From Verrucomicrobiota bacterium (lineage in GTDB: Bacteria; Verrucomicrobiota; Verrucomicrobiia; Limisphaerales; AAA164-E04): DNA of 64,000 nt. Under the pieces are notes generated by a model. That model searched no databases, had not been told where the DNA came from, and saw only the letters and a list, made by a program, of their open reading frames with translations. The translations under genes were made by a program, and so were the position numbers. The stretch spans positions 2,912,001 to 2,976,000 of the forward strand of contig CP170459.1 in assembly GCA_047947115.1 (NCBI GenBank). Reading direction: 5' to 3'. Shown piece after piece: positions 12,279-22,433 of this stretch. Numbering within the stretch: position 1 is the stretch's first letter; the number at the start of each line of letters is the position of its first letter.

Positions 12279-13943
12279 ATGAAACTACCCTTGACGAAAT
12301 CGATGATTGCGGCGCTGGTTTTTGTTCAAACATTGGCATTCGCGGAAAAAACACAACCCAACATCCTGTTCATCATGTCGGATGATCACACCGCGCAGGC
12401 CATTGGTGCCTATGCGACGGTGTTGAAGGATTTGAATCCCACACCGACGATTGATCGTTTGGCGGCGGAAGGCATTGTGTTCGACAATGCCTTCTGCTCA
12501 AACGCCATTTGCACACCAAGCCGCGCCTGCATCATCACCGGCAAGTATCCCCATGTGAATGGGGTGGTTGACCTTGGGGGCAATATCGAACCACAACATC
12601 AGACGCTTCCGATTCTCATGCGTCAGGCTGGTTACCAGACGGCGATCATTGGTAAATGGCACCTGAAACGCGAACCGAACTTTGACTACTATAAAGTGCT
12701 TCCGGGGCAGGGGAAATATCATCATACAGAATTCCGTATTCAGGGTGAAGAGAGCTGGCCGGGGAATACGGTGACGCATGAAGGCCAGCATTCATCGGAC
12801 GCCATCACGGATTCCACGCTGGAGTGGTTTCGCACAAAACGCGATCCCGACAAACCTTTCTTTGTTTGTCATCAGTTCAAAGCACCACACGATTTCTTCG
12901 ATAATGCCGAGCGCTATCAAAGTTACCTGGCTGATGTGGACATTCCCGAACCGGATACGCTTTACGATGTGCCGGAAACATTCGGCTCCATTGCCACGCG
13001 TGGCTTTCAGGATGAATTGGTCACTCACATCGGTACTTCGATCGGCAGCCGCAATCCGCGTCGTTCCTATGCTGTCGACCTGAAACGTCTTTACCCCGAG
13101 GAATTCCCCTCGCATTACGATGTGAAAACAATGAGCGAAAGGGAAACCACCCGGCTTGCCTATCAGGCTTATCTCAAGAAATACCTCCGTTTTGTCAAAG
13201 GTGTGGATGACAACCTTGAACGACTCTTTGCCTATTTGAAACAAGAAGGACTCTACGACAACACTATCATCATTTACACCGGCGATCAGGGATTCTGGTT
13301 GGGCGAGAATGATTATCAGGACAAACGATGGGCATACGACAAATCCATGCGCATGCCCTTCATCGTGCGTTATCCGAAATCCATTCCCGCCGGTATTCGC
13401 AGCGATGCCATCGTGGAGAATGTTGATTTTCCTGCTTTGATGCTGGATTTTGCGGGCGTATCGATTCCAGCGTCCATGCAGGGCCGATCTTTTAAACAAA
13501 TCTGTGAGACCGGAAAAGAACCCACCGACTGGAAACAAGCTGCCTACTACCGTTACTGGATGCATATGGCTCACCACGACAACCCGGGAGAAATGGCTAT
13601 CCGCACCAAGACACACAAACTGATTTATTTCTATGGATGCGATTACAAGGGCGAAAACCAAACGCCTCCAGGCTGGGAACTATATGACCTGACAAGAGAT
13701 CCTGATGAACTGAACAACGTCTACGATCATCCCGATTATCGCACTGTTCGTGACCAATTGAAGCAACAATTTGCCGAACTACGCGCACAGGTTGGAGATG
13801 ACGGATCGCATTATCCCGAATGCGAAAAAGTCGTCCAGGAATTCTGGGACTATGACGCCGCCGACCGCCAGAAAGCGATCGAAATCTCCCGCGCGTTCAA
13901 GCTGAGCAGGGAACAAGCCCTGGGCAAAGCAGGGAAGCTTTGA
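12279..13943 (+). CDS. Cys-type S1 sulfatase (N-acetylglucosamine-6-sulfatase-like)
   Basis: PNILFIMSDDH, CTPSRA, GKWHL, DQGFWLGE; signal peptide. Confidence 0.92.
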   Translation: MKLPLTKSMIAALVFVQTLAFAEKTQPNILFIMSDDHTAQAIGAYATVLKDLNPTPTIDRLAAEGIVFDNAFCSNAICTPSRACIITGKYPHVNGVVDLGGNIEPQHQTLPILMRQAGYQTAIIGKWHLKREPNFDYYKVLPGQGKYHHTEFRIQGEESWPGNTVTHEGQHSSDAITDSTLEWFRTKRDPDKPFFVCHQFKAPHDFFDNAERYQSYLADVDIPEPDTLYDVPETFGSIATRGFQDELVTHIGTSIGSRNPRRSYAVDLKRLYPEEFPSHYDVKTMSERETTRLAYQAYLKKYLRFVKGVDDNLERLFAYLKQEGLYDNTIIIYTGDQGFWLGENDYQDKRWAYDKSMRMPFIVRYPKSIPAGIRSDAIVENVDFPALMLDFAGVSIPASMQGRSFKQICETGKEPTDWKQAAYYRYWMHMAHHDNPGEMAIRTKTHKLIYFYGCDYKGENQTPPGWELYDLTRDPDELNNVYDHPDYRTVRDQLKQQFAELRAQVGDDGSHYPECEKVVQEFWDYDAADRQKAIEISRAFKLSREQALGKAGKL

Positions 13944-13949
13944 TGCCGG

Positions 13950-16370
13950 TTATTGCATGGGAATCAGACCGTAACGCCGCATCATTTCCAGATCCATTTG
14001 AGGAGAGGGGGTGGGTCTTGGTCCCGGTTGGGCTTGATTTGATGTCTCGGATTTCAGGAGGTGAACAAGGGTTTCTGGTGGAAGATCGGATTGTTGCAGC
14101 CAGTTGACTGCTTTGTCCCGATCATTGCGCAGCCAGTTTTGGGCGTATTCTTCGACAGTTTGCAGACGCATATGCTCGTCCGAGATGCCGTTGGCCCAGA
14201 TGACACCCATTGCCGGATCACGGTTGCCGACTAATTGGGCATAGTTCTGAATCAGTTTGTCCCGTCCCGCATCCTGAGGTTGTTTCAGGAGCCAGGCTCC
14301 TGCTGCTTCTTCGTCCTGGTCCGCCCACTTTCGGATGATGTTTTCGTTGGCCTGTTGCCGGGTGGCTTCGTCTTCAAAATCGCTTGCCCATTCGGTTGCG
14401 TAGGACGGTTCGTATTCTGCCCACTGGGCAGCCACCTGAATGGCCGCACTGTTTTGAGCTTCTCCTGCTTCCATTGAAGCTACATATTCGGCCGCTTCCA
14501 ACGGTGATTCGTTGGCCCACTGGTTCATTACCCCTGGCAGGAGGCTGTTTCGCAGGTCCGGATCTTTCATGTCTGACACCCATTCTGCTGCCGCTTCCGC
14601 ATCGTGCCTTGAAAGGTTCTGGCTCATGGATCGCATGACGGATTCCTTTAGTTTTGGATCTGAGAGGTCTTCGGCGTATTCCATGGCTTTCTCCGGATCG
14701 GTTTCAATCCATCGATTGGCAATCTGTGAAAGCGCATTTTGTCGTGTTTGATCGTTTTCCAATGTCTCCGCCCATTCCAAGGCCTTGTTCACATCCTGGT
14801 TGGCCCATGATTGGGCGATTTGATGGTAGAGGTTCTGTTTGTCTTGGTTGTTGGTCAAAGTTTCTGCCAAGGCCACGGCTTGTTTCGGATCGCTTTCTGC
14901 AAGTCGATGGGTGATGTCTCTAATGGCATCCGACCGACTTCTACCATTTGGGAGGTCCATGGCAATCTGCATAGCCTGTTTGGTGTCGCTGTATGCCAGT
15001 CGATTCAATACTTGCCTGATGACCTGTTGTTTGGCGCTGCCCGGGGGCATTTGGTCAGCCAGTTGAAGGGCTTTTTGAGGATCAGCATCCGCCAGTTGCA
15101 TGCTGAGATTTTGATAAGCTGAGGTGCGCGCTTGTCCCGGGGGGAGTCCATGAACCCACTCCAATGCGGTGTCGGGATCCTCGTTTGCCCATTGGCTGAC
15201 GATCGTCTGAATCAATTGTGTTTTAGCCCTTCCAGATTGCGTGCCCTCCAAATGAGCCAGGGCACCTTCCCGATCCTGCTGCACCCATGTATGAAAAATG
15301 TTGGTGTATGCGTTCTCTTTCATCCGAGGATCGTTGAGTTTTTCGATCCAGCTCAATGTGCCCTGGAGATCTTGTTCGGCATTGGTCCGGGCAAAATTGG
15401 ATAAGGCGTTTTGCTTGTGCGAATAGCTTGAAATGCCCTCCATCAGGGTTTGAAGAGTATCCATTTCATCCAGTCCCAGATTGATTGCAATACCTGACAA
15501 CGCTCTGTCCCTTGACCGTGGGTTTTCCAGCGATTGAGCCCATTCCATTGCTTTGGTTGGTGACGTGGCTGCCCAACCTGCGGCAATCTGGTGATACACG
15601 TATTCATCACTTGAACCGTTCGATAAAAGACCGATACGTTTGGCGGCTTCTTCCGGGTTGGTGTTGGCCAAGTCGAAGAATAGACTGCGTCTGGCGCTGG
15701 ATGCGGTCCCGCCACTGAGGTGAGTGTTGATCAACTCCAAAGCGTCATCGATCGAGGTTTGTGAGATGCTTCGTGCGAGGCTTTGAGCCAATTGCTGCTT
15801 CAAGAGTCCTGGTTCCAGTTGATCAAACCAATTTCGCGCGGCGGAAGGATCGGTGATCGCCCAACCACCCAATGCTGACTGGAGGTATTGTCTGCGGTGG
15901 TTTTGGTTTGAAGTTCGATCCGCAAAAGCGATCACGAGTCCGGGATCTTTTTCTGCCATGACTGCGATGGCCTGCGACAGCATTTGCCGACGGCGGTTGC
16001 CAAACGATCCGTTCAGGTCTGTCTGTTCACTCAGGTATTGCAGCACCAAAGGGAAATCTGCGGCCGGCAATCCCATCAACAAGGCATGTAACTCGTAATG
16101 GTTCCTTTGATTCATGGGGGCATCAAGTATTTCCTCCAATCGTTCTTGCAGGTTCTTCTTTCCTTCAAAAATAGCAGTGGCACTCACGGTCGGCACATTG
16201 GGTAAACCTGAGCTCGTGGAGCGTCCGGCACCCAAACGACCTACCTTGCTTGGAGAATCGCTTTCCTTGCCCGAGGTATTGCCATTGTTCCGACTTGCGC
16301 CTCCCCACACGAATCCAACAAGCAAAGCCAAAACAACGGCTGCGGCAGTTTGAAGTGAAGATTTTTTCAT
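13950..16370 (-). CDS. membrane-anchored alpha-solenoid repeat protein of unknown function
   Basis: N-terminal hydrophobic helix, then many ~35-aa repeats of type W-A-x-x-D-P-x-x-A-x-x-W. Confidence 0.75.
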   Translation of the reverse strand: MKKSSLQTAAAVVLALLVGFVWGGASRNNGNTSGKESDSPSKVGRLGAGRSTSSGLPNVPTVSATAIFEGKKNLQERLEEILDAPMNQRNHYELHALLMGLPAADFPLVLQYLSEQTDLNGSFGNRRRQMLSQAIAVMAEKDPGLVIAFADRTSNQNHRRQYLQSALGGWAITDPSAARNWFDQLEPGLLKQQLAQSLARSISQTSIDDALELINTHLSGGTASSARRSLFFDLANTNPEEAAKRIGLLSNGSSDEYVYHQIAAGWAATSPTKAMEWAQSLENPRSRDRALSGIAINLGLDEMDTLQTLMEGISSYSHKQNALSNFARTNAEQDLQGTLSWIEKLNDPRMKENAYTNIFHTWVQQDREGALAHLEGTQSGRAKTQLIQTIVSQWANEDPDTALEWVHGLPPGQARTSAYQNLSMQLADADPQKALQLADQMPPGSAKQQVIRQVLNRLAYSDTKQAMQIAMDLPNGRSRSDAIRDITHRLAESDPKQAVALAETLTNNQDKQNLYHQIAQSWANQDVNKALEWAETLENDQTRQNALSQIANRWIETDPEKAMEYAEDLSDPKLKESVMRSMSQNLSRHDAEAAAEWVSDMKDPDLRNSLLPGVMNQWANESPLEAAEYVASMEAGEAQNSAAIQVAAQWAEYEPSYATEWASDFEDEATRQQANENIIRKWADQDEEAAGAWLLKQPQDAGRDKLIQNYAQLVGNRDPAMGVIWANGISDEHMRLQTVEEYAQNWLRNDRDKAVNWLQQSDLPPETLVHLLKSETSNQAQPGPRPTPSPQMDLEMMRRYGLIPMQ

Positions 16371-16479
16371 GATGACGTTTTGGACACCCTAGCACCTGAT
16401 GACGTTGAATCAATACTCCAGATATTTGAAAGGACTTTGGAGTGTTTGTTATAGCTAATAAACACATATGCATGGGCTT

Positions 16480-17264
16480 ATGCAGAAATGCCTGTGAGTA
16501 TGGGTGGGCTTTGCTGGAATCTTTTCCGCGTTAAATGCCAATGGACTTTCTTTTGGGGGGGGCAGACTGGATATAGCTGTTCCTGTTGAAGGCATGCATG
16601 CACCATTGCAGGTTGATATATTGGGTTTTACCGTGGTTCCAAAGGTTATTTAATTCTCCAACTCACATCTCCGGCTCCGAAAACGGTGTTGGTTTCGATC
16701 GCAAACGAAAAGGTGGTTGATGAAATCCTCATCCCAAATCAGGGAGCGATGCGGGCATTTGATTACAGGGCGGCTTGGACTGCTTTTCCCTCAAACACGG
16801 TCCGCGTCTGGGATGTCTCCATTGAAAATCCAGATGCGGATTAAGTCCTTGAGATTTACCCTCTGATCGTCGCCACATCGAACAATTCAAACCTCGACAC
16901 AGGCAACAAGACAGAGCGCGTGGATTTATCGAAATATGCAGGAGAAAATATACGCGTCAGTTTTGGGGTGGAGGCATGAGGGGCAAATGAGGGATTTGGT
17001 TTGATTCAGTTGGATCATGTGAGACTGGAAGTGGAAGTGTCTTATGCCTTGAGTGTCACACACGATCCAGAAAACGGATTTGCGATAACGGTGAAGGACC
17101 CGCCTCTCGGGAGGTTGGTTTTGGAGCAAAGTACCGATTTCAAGAATTGGACACCTGTTCTTACGGGAAATGTTTATGAAAATACCGGAGTCATTGTGTT
17201 CAATGATGAAGTAGAGTCAGAACTTGGACAGCCTTACCAATTTTATCGTGTGTGGAACGAGTGA
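16480..17264 (+). pseudogene. degraded gene for a secreted beta-sandwich protein with a C-terminal PVC-type module
   Basis: the frame of ORF 17001-17264 reads upstream to about 16623 through TAA 16842 and TGA 16977 (..VDLSKYAGENIRVSFGVEA*GANEGFGLIQLDHVRLE..); a signal-like segment in another frame starts at ATG 16480 and has TGA at 16495. Confidence 0.65.
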
Positions 17265-17324
17265 GGAGTTGTTACTTTCCGACACGCAACAACTCGAAGC
17301 TGGTGGGATGCATTTGAAAATAAA

Positions 17325-17402
17325 TGGTCGGGGCGGGGAGATTCGAACTCCCGACCTCCTGAACCCCATTCAGGCGCGCTAGCCAGACTACGCTACGCCC
17401 CG
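17325..17402 (-). tRNA. tRNA-Pro(GGG)
   Basis: reverse complement CGGGGCGTAGCGTAG...CCTGAAT-GGG-GTTCAGG...GTTCGAATC...CCCCGACCA folds as a cloverleaf with encoded CCA. Confidence 0.97.
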
Positions 17403-17431
17403 ACCCCTGCTTAGCGGGTAAGCAGACGCGT

Positions 17432-17461
17432 ATCTTAATGATGAGTCTTTGAGCATTTCAA
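17432..17461 (-). promoter_or_regulatory. putative sigma70 promoter of tRNA-Pro
   Basis: TTGAAA-N18-TAAGAT on the minus strand, about 30 bp upstream of the tRNA. Confidence 0.45.
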
Positions 17462-17496
17462 CACCTTTCGGAAGAAAATTTTGATGGTGTTTGGGG

Positions 17497-17591
17497 CCAC
17501 ACTCTTGCGAGTGCGGCTACGTGAGGATGGTGAGCGGCCACATTCTGGCGAATGCGGCTACTACGGCTCACGTTTTGGCGAATGCGGCTAC
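17497..17591 (-). repeat. three GTAG-type REP palindromes
   Basis: 24-mers at 17497, 17538 and 17568; minus strand reads GTAG-CCGCATTC-GCCA-GAATGTGG and variants. Confidence 0.8.
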
Positions 17592-17636
17592 GGGGGGGAG
17601 AAGAAAAATTGATTCTTGTGCCTGACTTTTCCTACC

Positions 17637-19061
17637 ATGTGCCAAGTGAGCACCCCAAAGGCCATCGATGAGCTTGTGAAACGCACCCTTTCGGATGCGT
17701 TGACGGCTGACATCGGTCTTGATTCAAAGCCGTTATGGCTGGTGGCTGTGTCTGGAGGATTGGATTCAGTGGTTCTCCTGCATATGTTGTTTCGTTTCAG
17801 GAGTGTTCATGGAAGGTGTTTGGTGATAGTTCATTATGATCATCAATTGCGTGGGCTGGAGTCCTCCGAGGATGCCCGGTGGGTGGAGAGGCTTTGTGAA
17901 TCCATGGGCTTGCGTTGTGTTATGGGAGTCGGCGATGTGGCGGCTTACGCCAAAGATCAGGGTGTATCCATTGAAATGGCCGCCCGAGCCTTGCGGCATT
18001 CCTTTTTCGTGGATCAGGCTCATGCTCTCGGAACCGACGTTTTGGTGACAGCTCACCATGCGGATGATCAATTGGAGTTGGTTTGCATGCGCTGGATGCG
18101 GGGGAGTGGTCCGGAAGGTTTATCCGGGATGACACGTTTCGGTCCTTCAGCGTTTGATCCTGATTTAAATATCTGGCGTCCATTGCTTGGGTTGAACAGG
18201 TCGGACATTGAAGCTTATGCGAAGCGTCACAATTTGTCATGGCGGGAAGATCGAACGAATGCCGATATGGAACATCAGCGTAATAGGGTGCGTCATCTGC
18301 TGCTACCTCAGATTGAATGTGCTTTTGGCCCCGAGGCTTTGAATGGAATATTACGTTCCGCTGACTTGGTGGCGGCAGAGCACGCGGTGGTGCATCGGGC
18401 AGCTTTGGATTGGGAGTGTGGCGTGCAGGTTGGTGACCGGTTTGAACAACTGCCACTCGCCGTGCAGCGTGAACTCATCAAGTTGGCATTGATCCGCATG
18501 GGAGTCGTGCCGGAGTTTGAATGGATCGAACGATTGCGTCAGTGCGAGGAAGGGGAAGTGTGCGTGTTGCCTCAGGGGGTGCGGGTTGCTCGTTTGTCAG
18601 GATTCCCTTTGTTAAAGCGACTGGTATCATCCGTTCCGCCTGCTCACCTTTCAGAGAGCCAAACAATCCTGCTGCAAGCGGGGGATGGATACAACCTATT
18701 TGATGGAATGCGGATCAAGTGGCGTATAGAGAAGGGCGGCTTGCCTGATCGGAAAAGAATAGAAACGCCCCAGCACTTTGAAGTGTTCGATGCGGACCAG
18801 GTAGGTGAAGAGGTTGTTCTACGGCATTGGCAAGAAGGAGACCGCATGCACCCTATCGGTGGCAGGGGGAGTTCAAAGCTGCAAGACTTGTTTGTGAACG
18901 CCAAAATTGACATTCACATGCGCAGACAGTTGCTGGTGGCAGAATCTCCAGAAAACGGTATTTTTTGGGTGCAGGGTTTCCGCATCGGAGATCTTTTTAA
19001 AGTGACCGAAAAGACTGAAAAGCTCCTGGTTTGGGAATACGAATCGCTCGATTCTCATTGA
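17637..19061 (+). CDS. tilS: tRNA(Ile)-lysidine synthetase
   Basis: AVSGGLDS PP-loop, HYDHQLRG, AARALR, TAHHADDQLE, RNRVR, TilS C-terminal domain; exact start uncertain. Confidence 0.95.
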   Translation: MCQVSTPKAIDELVKRTLSDALTADIGLDSKPLWLVAVSGGLDSVVLLHMLFRFRSVHGRCLVIVHYDHQLRGLESSEDARWVERLCESMGLRCVMGVGDVAAYAKDQGVSIEMAARALRHSFFVDQAHALGTDVLVTAHHADDQLELVCMRWMRGSGPEGLSGMTRFGPSAFDPDLNIWRPLLGLNRSDIEAYAKRHNLSWREDRTNADMEHQRNRVRHLLLPQIECAFGPEALNGILRSADLVAAEHAVVHRAALDWECGVQVGDRFEQLPLAVQRELIKLALIRMGVVPEFEWIERLRQCEEGEVCVLPQGVRVARLSGFPLLKRLVSSVPPAHLSESQTILLQAGDGYNLFDGMRIKWRIEKGGLPDRKRIETPQHFEVFDADQVGEEVVLRHWQEGDRMHPIGGRGSSKLQDLFVNAKIDIHMRRQLLVAESPENGIFWVQGFRIGDLFKVTEKTEKLLVWEYESLDSH

Positions 19062-19067
19062 ACCGTC

Positions 19068-19553
19068 TTAGAGCGGATGTTTCGTCAGGTTTTCCAAAAG
19101 GTTTCCGCAGCCGTCTTCCAATAGATCAAGGACATGGTCGAATCCGTCCAATCCCCCGTAATAGGGATCGGGAATGTCGGTGACATCGAATGCTTTGACG
19201 TAGGAACAAAAGGGCCTGATTTTCTCGCGATACCTGGCGTCGATGTCGAGCTCGATCACTTCGTTGTAGTTGTCCTCGTCCATGGTGAGGATGTGGTCGA
19301 ATGTCTTTAGATCCACCTCTCTGATTTTTCGCGCCCGACTGGTCATGTGATAGCCGCGGCCGGATGCGGCATTGCGCATCCTTTGGTCGGCGGGTTGTCC
19401 GCTGTGGTAATTGATGGTGCCGGCCGAGTCGCATTCGATGAGGTGACTCAAACCTGCCTCTTCCACTTTGGATTGCATGACGGCTTCCGCTGCCGGACTC
19501 CGACAAATGTTGCCCATACACACGAAGAGTATCCTGATCTTTGCTTGCCCCAT
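19068..19553 (-). CDS. low-molecular-weight protein-tyrosine phosphatase
   Basis: VCMGNICRS P-loop and DPYYGG. Confidence 0.95.
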   Translation of the reverse strand: MGQAKIRILFVCMGNICRSPAAEAVMQSKVEEAGLSHLIECDSAGTINYHSGQPADQRMRNAASGRGYHMTSRARKIREVDLKTFDHILTMDEDNYNEVIELDIDARYREKIRPFCSYVKAFDVTDIPDPYYGGLDGFDHVLDLLEDGCGNLLENLTKHPL

Positions 19554-19591
19554 GTTTTCTTCCTCTAAAGATTCCCCTCGTAAGAGTGTGG

Positions 19592-21037
19592 TTATTTGGT
19601 AAGCAGGCTTTCGTAGTAGGCTTTGGCCTTGGTGACAAACTCCGAAGGTTGTCGGGCGAACAGGGGACAGTCTGTTTCGATAGCCAGGACGCCTTTGAAA
19701 CCAGTTGTTTTCAAGACCTCTATGAGTCCGGAGATGTTGGCATCTCCTTCGCCAATGCCTGCGCTGATGCCGACCAGTCGATTGTCTGCGATCTGGACGG
19801 TTTTGTCTTTGAGGTGAATGTCGTAAACCCGTCCTTCATATTCCTGAAATACCTTGGCGGCATCAAAACCGGAAGCCGTGATCCAACCCACATCCAGACA
19901 AACGCCAATCCTTGCGTCGCGGTGTTGAATGATGTTTCGAACCACCAGAGGGTTTCCATAGAGTGACGTCAGTCCATGGTTGTGGATGGCGATTTTGATG
20001 TCGAATTCTTTGACAAGTGCCTCAAGCGAATCGAAGATGGCAAAGTCTCGAGGTTCCACAACAATTAGTTTGATGCCCATGTATTTGGCAAACTCGAACA
20101 AACGTCTGTTGTATGCGTGATCCGTGGACGTTCCCGCCACGCCAAACGTATACGCCTGGAGTCCGTTTGCATCCAGTACCGCTTTCTTGGCCTTGATGAT
20201 TTCCCAATCGGCGTGTGGATCGATGTGATTGCCGATGACCTGCAGCTTGGTGATGCCATGTTCTTTCGCGAAAGCGACCGCTTGATCAAAATCCAGATTG
20301 CGAAGGGTCCAGGTTTGCAGTCCCAGTTCGAAGGGTAGCGAAGGCAGGGCTGTGAATGTCTTTGGGCGATCGATGGTGATGTCATCGAACTCAATGGGGC
20401 GGTCGGAGTATGGCTGGCCCCAAATGCTTGCTTTGCCTTGTGTTGGTGCTTGCTTGCTTTGGTGTTCAATTTGCCAGTGATCGGGTTCGTGTGACTGCTC
20501 GGACCAGGCTTTGCCACGGATGCTCCAAGTGGAATCAGAAGTGCTGGAGACCGCCAGCTTCATGTGTGTCCATGTTGACGGGGTCCAGTTGAATGAAACT
20601 TGACTGACAGCCTTTCGACCACGGAAGAGTTCCAAGGCGTTTTTGGAATTCGATGCATTCAACGCATATCCACCCAGGCCATACAAACCGATCCCAAAGG
20701 ACGGTGAAAGGCGACCGCGCTTTTCCGATCGGATGCGGGCGGAAATTTCCAAATCCCCTTCATTGTCCGGACCAAACACCGCTCCAAATTTGTTCAAAGG
20801 AGTGCCTGGCAAAACGAGCGCGCCGGACTGAATTGAGTAGTCGCCTCCTAGCACCAGAAAATCCTCCGGCACGGAGCCGTCGGCGTCATTTTGAAAGTTT
20901 TGATGATAAACCGGGGCACCCGAAATATTGAGCGCAGTCAGGCCCACGCAAATGCAAAAAGTCCAAAGCACTGAAATAGGTGAAAACCGGTGCTTATTGA
21001 GACCGGATGGCATGTTGGTATATGGATTCATATTCAT
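19592..21037 (-). CDS. secreted fusion of a lectin-like beta-sandwich and a sugar phosphate isomerase/epimerase (TIM barrel) domain
   Basis: signal-like N-terminus; beta domain ending GKASIWG...FDDITI; C-terminal AIHNH, CLDVGW, IHLKD, LAIE. Confidence 0.75.
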   Translation of the reverse strand: MNMNPYTNMPSGLNKHRFSPISVLWTFCICVGLTALNISGAPVYHQNFQNDADGSVPEDFLVLGGDYSIQSGALVLPGTPLNKFGAVFGPDNEGDLEISARIRSEKRGRLSPSFGIGLYGLGGYALNASNSKNALELFRGRKAVSQVSFNWTPSTWTHMKLAVSSTSDSTWSIRGKAWSEQSHEPDHWQIEHQSKQAPTQGKASIWGQPYSDRPIEFDDITIDRPKTFTALPSLPFELGLQTWTLRNLDFDQAVAFAKEHGITKLQVIGNHIDPHADWEIIKAKKAVLDANGLQAYTFGVAGTSTDHAYNRRLFEFAKYMGIKLIVVEPRDFAIFDSLEALVKEFDIKIAIHNHGLTSLYGNPLVVRNIIQHRDARIGVCLDVGWITASGFDAAKVFQEYEGRVYDIHLKDKTVQIADNRLVGISAGIGEGDANISGLIEVLKTTGFKGVLAIETDCPLFARQPSEFVTKAKAYYESLLTK

Positions 21038-21206
21038 TGGCTTATGGTTTGAGACAGAGTTTGCTGGAAAGTCCTTGCCTCGAAAAGAAATTTGTTCGTG
21101 GTCGGCAAAAAGGGGCGCAGGTCAAAACTCTGAACTTGTTCTTGCCTGCGCGCAATGCAATGGTATCCATTGTCAGGGCGACGGTGCCCGTTAATAGATC
21201 TGAGAC

Positions 21207-21455
21207 ATGCCACTCTACGAATACGAATTGGAAAGCGGTGACGGCTGCGGTGTATGCGGAGGGAAATTCACTCTGCGCAGACCGCTTTCAGCCAAGCCAT
21301 TGACCAATTGCCCGCTTTGCAAGAAACCAGTCAGGAAACTGATTTCCGGTTTCAATACCCCGACCATCACCAAGCCCGTATCGATCAGCGACGCCAAAAA
21401 GGCCGGGTTTACGGTGCTCAAGAAAGTCGGTAAAGGCGAATACGAACGTCAATAA
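21207..21455 (+). CDS. FmdB-family zinc-ribbon protein
   Basis: MPLYEY, CGVC, CPLC, RKLIS. Confidence 0.85.
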   Translation: MPLYEYELESGDGCGVCGGKFTLRRPLSAKPLTNCPLCKKPVRKLISGFNTPTITKPVSISDAKKAGFTVLKKVGKGEYERQ

Positions 21456-22351
21456 TCCCTGTCAGCGGAACCTGCCATGACGGGTGAGGATTTGCCTTGG
21501 GGAACAACGCTCCATTCCGCTGACCATGCTTCCAGTTGCCGGATGACCGTACGGATGGTTTCGTCCGGTGTGGATGTGCCGGCTGTCACCCCTACTGTGT
21601 CAGTTTCCTTAAACCAGTTGGGTTTCAGGTCCGTGACGGATTCAATCTGATACACCCTCGTGCAATAATGAGAAATGGTGTCGGATAATTGGCGTGTGTT
21701 GTTGCTCGTCTTTCCGCCGATCACCACGACGACGTCCGAACTCTTTCCCAGTGACACCGCCGCGGATTGCCTTTGCTTGGTGGGATGGCAGACAGTGTCC
21801 TTGAATTGCACATCTGACTCGGGAAAACGTTCGCGAATGCCTGCCACCAATAAGCGAACTTTGTCGATAGGTTGTGTGGTTTGAGAAACGACACCAATAC
21901 GGTCTTTCTGTGGGATATTGAGGATGTCCGATTCCGACAATACAACCGTGAAAGTATCCAAATCTCCGGTCAAACCGCGCACTTCGATATGGTCCGCTTT
22001 GCCAATAATAACCGGGTAATATCCTTCCTCCACGAGTTGAAGCAGGGACCGGTGAGCGAAATGTACCAATGGGCACGTGGCATCTTTCATATCAAAGCCC
22101 GCCTGCTGTGCCGCTTCACGGGTGCGGTTGGAAACCCCGTGTGCCGTAATGATCAATTCCCGCGTGAACGCTTCCTCATGGCGTTCTACGAAACCGATTC
22201 GTTGATCCAGCAATCGCTTTTGGATCGCTGGATTGTGTGCCAGAGGCCCCAATATGGTGGTCGGGCCGCTTTTGGCGGAGGTTTCCGCCAGCTTGATCGC
22301 GTCCCTGACTCCGAAACAAAGTCCCATGTGTTTTGCTGTCTGGATGTTCAT
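21449..22351 (-). CDS. ispH: 4-hydroxy-3-methylbut-2-enyl diphosphate reductase
   Basis: GLCFGV, AHN, TAHG, DATCPLV, SQTT, DTVC, SNNT, VTAGTSTPD; start at ATG 22351. Confidence 0.95.
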   Translation of the reverse strand: MNIQTAKHMGLCFGVRDAIKLAETSAKSGPTTILGPLAHNPAIQKRLLDQRIGFVERHEEAFTRELIITAHGVSNRTREAAQQAGFDMKDATCPLVHFAHRSLLQLVEEGYYPVIIGKADHIEVRGLTGDLDTFTVVLSESDILNIPQKDRIGVVSQTTQPIDKVRLLVAGIRERFPESDVQFKDTVCHPTKQRQSAAVSLGKSSDVVVVIGGKTSNNTRQLSDTISHYCTRVYQIESVTDLKPNWFKETDTVGVTAGTSTPDETIRTVIRQLEAWSAEWSVVPQGKSSPVMAGSADRDY

Positions 22352-22433
22352 CGTGTTTGTTTGGTTGTTTAAAGTGATCTGTGTTACAAAGTAACCAATT
22401 TGTGTGGTCCTGGTGAGGCTTGCATTGTTCTTG

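Noticed and set aside
16977..16979. TGA as selenocysteine or recoding
   Set aside because: The same frame also has a TAA and the 5' part is frameshifted; the context is not a redox motif, so decay is the simpler explanation
17497..17591. Possible mini-CRISPR
   Set aside because: Gaps are only 17 and 6 bp and the repeats vary as covarying hairpins, which fits REPs
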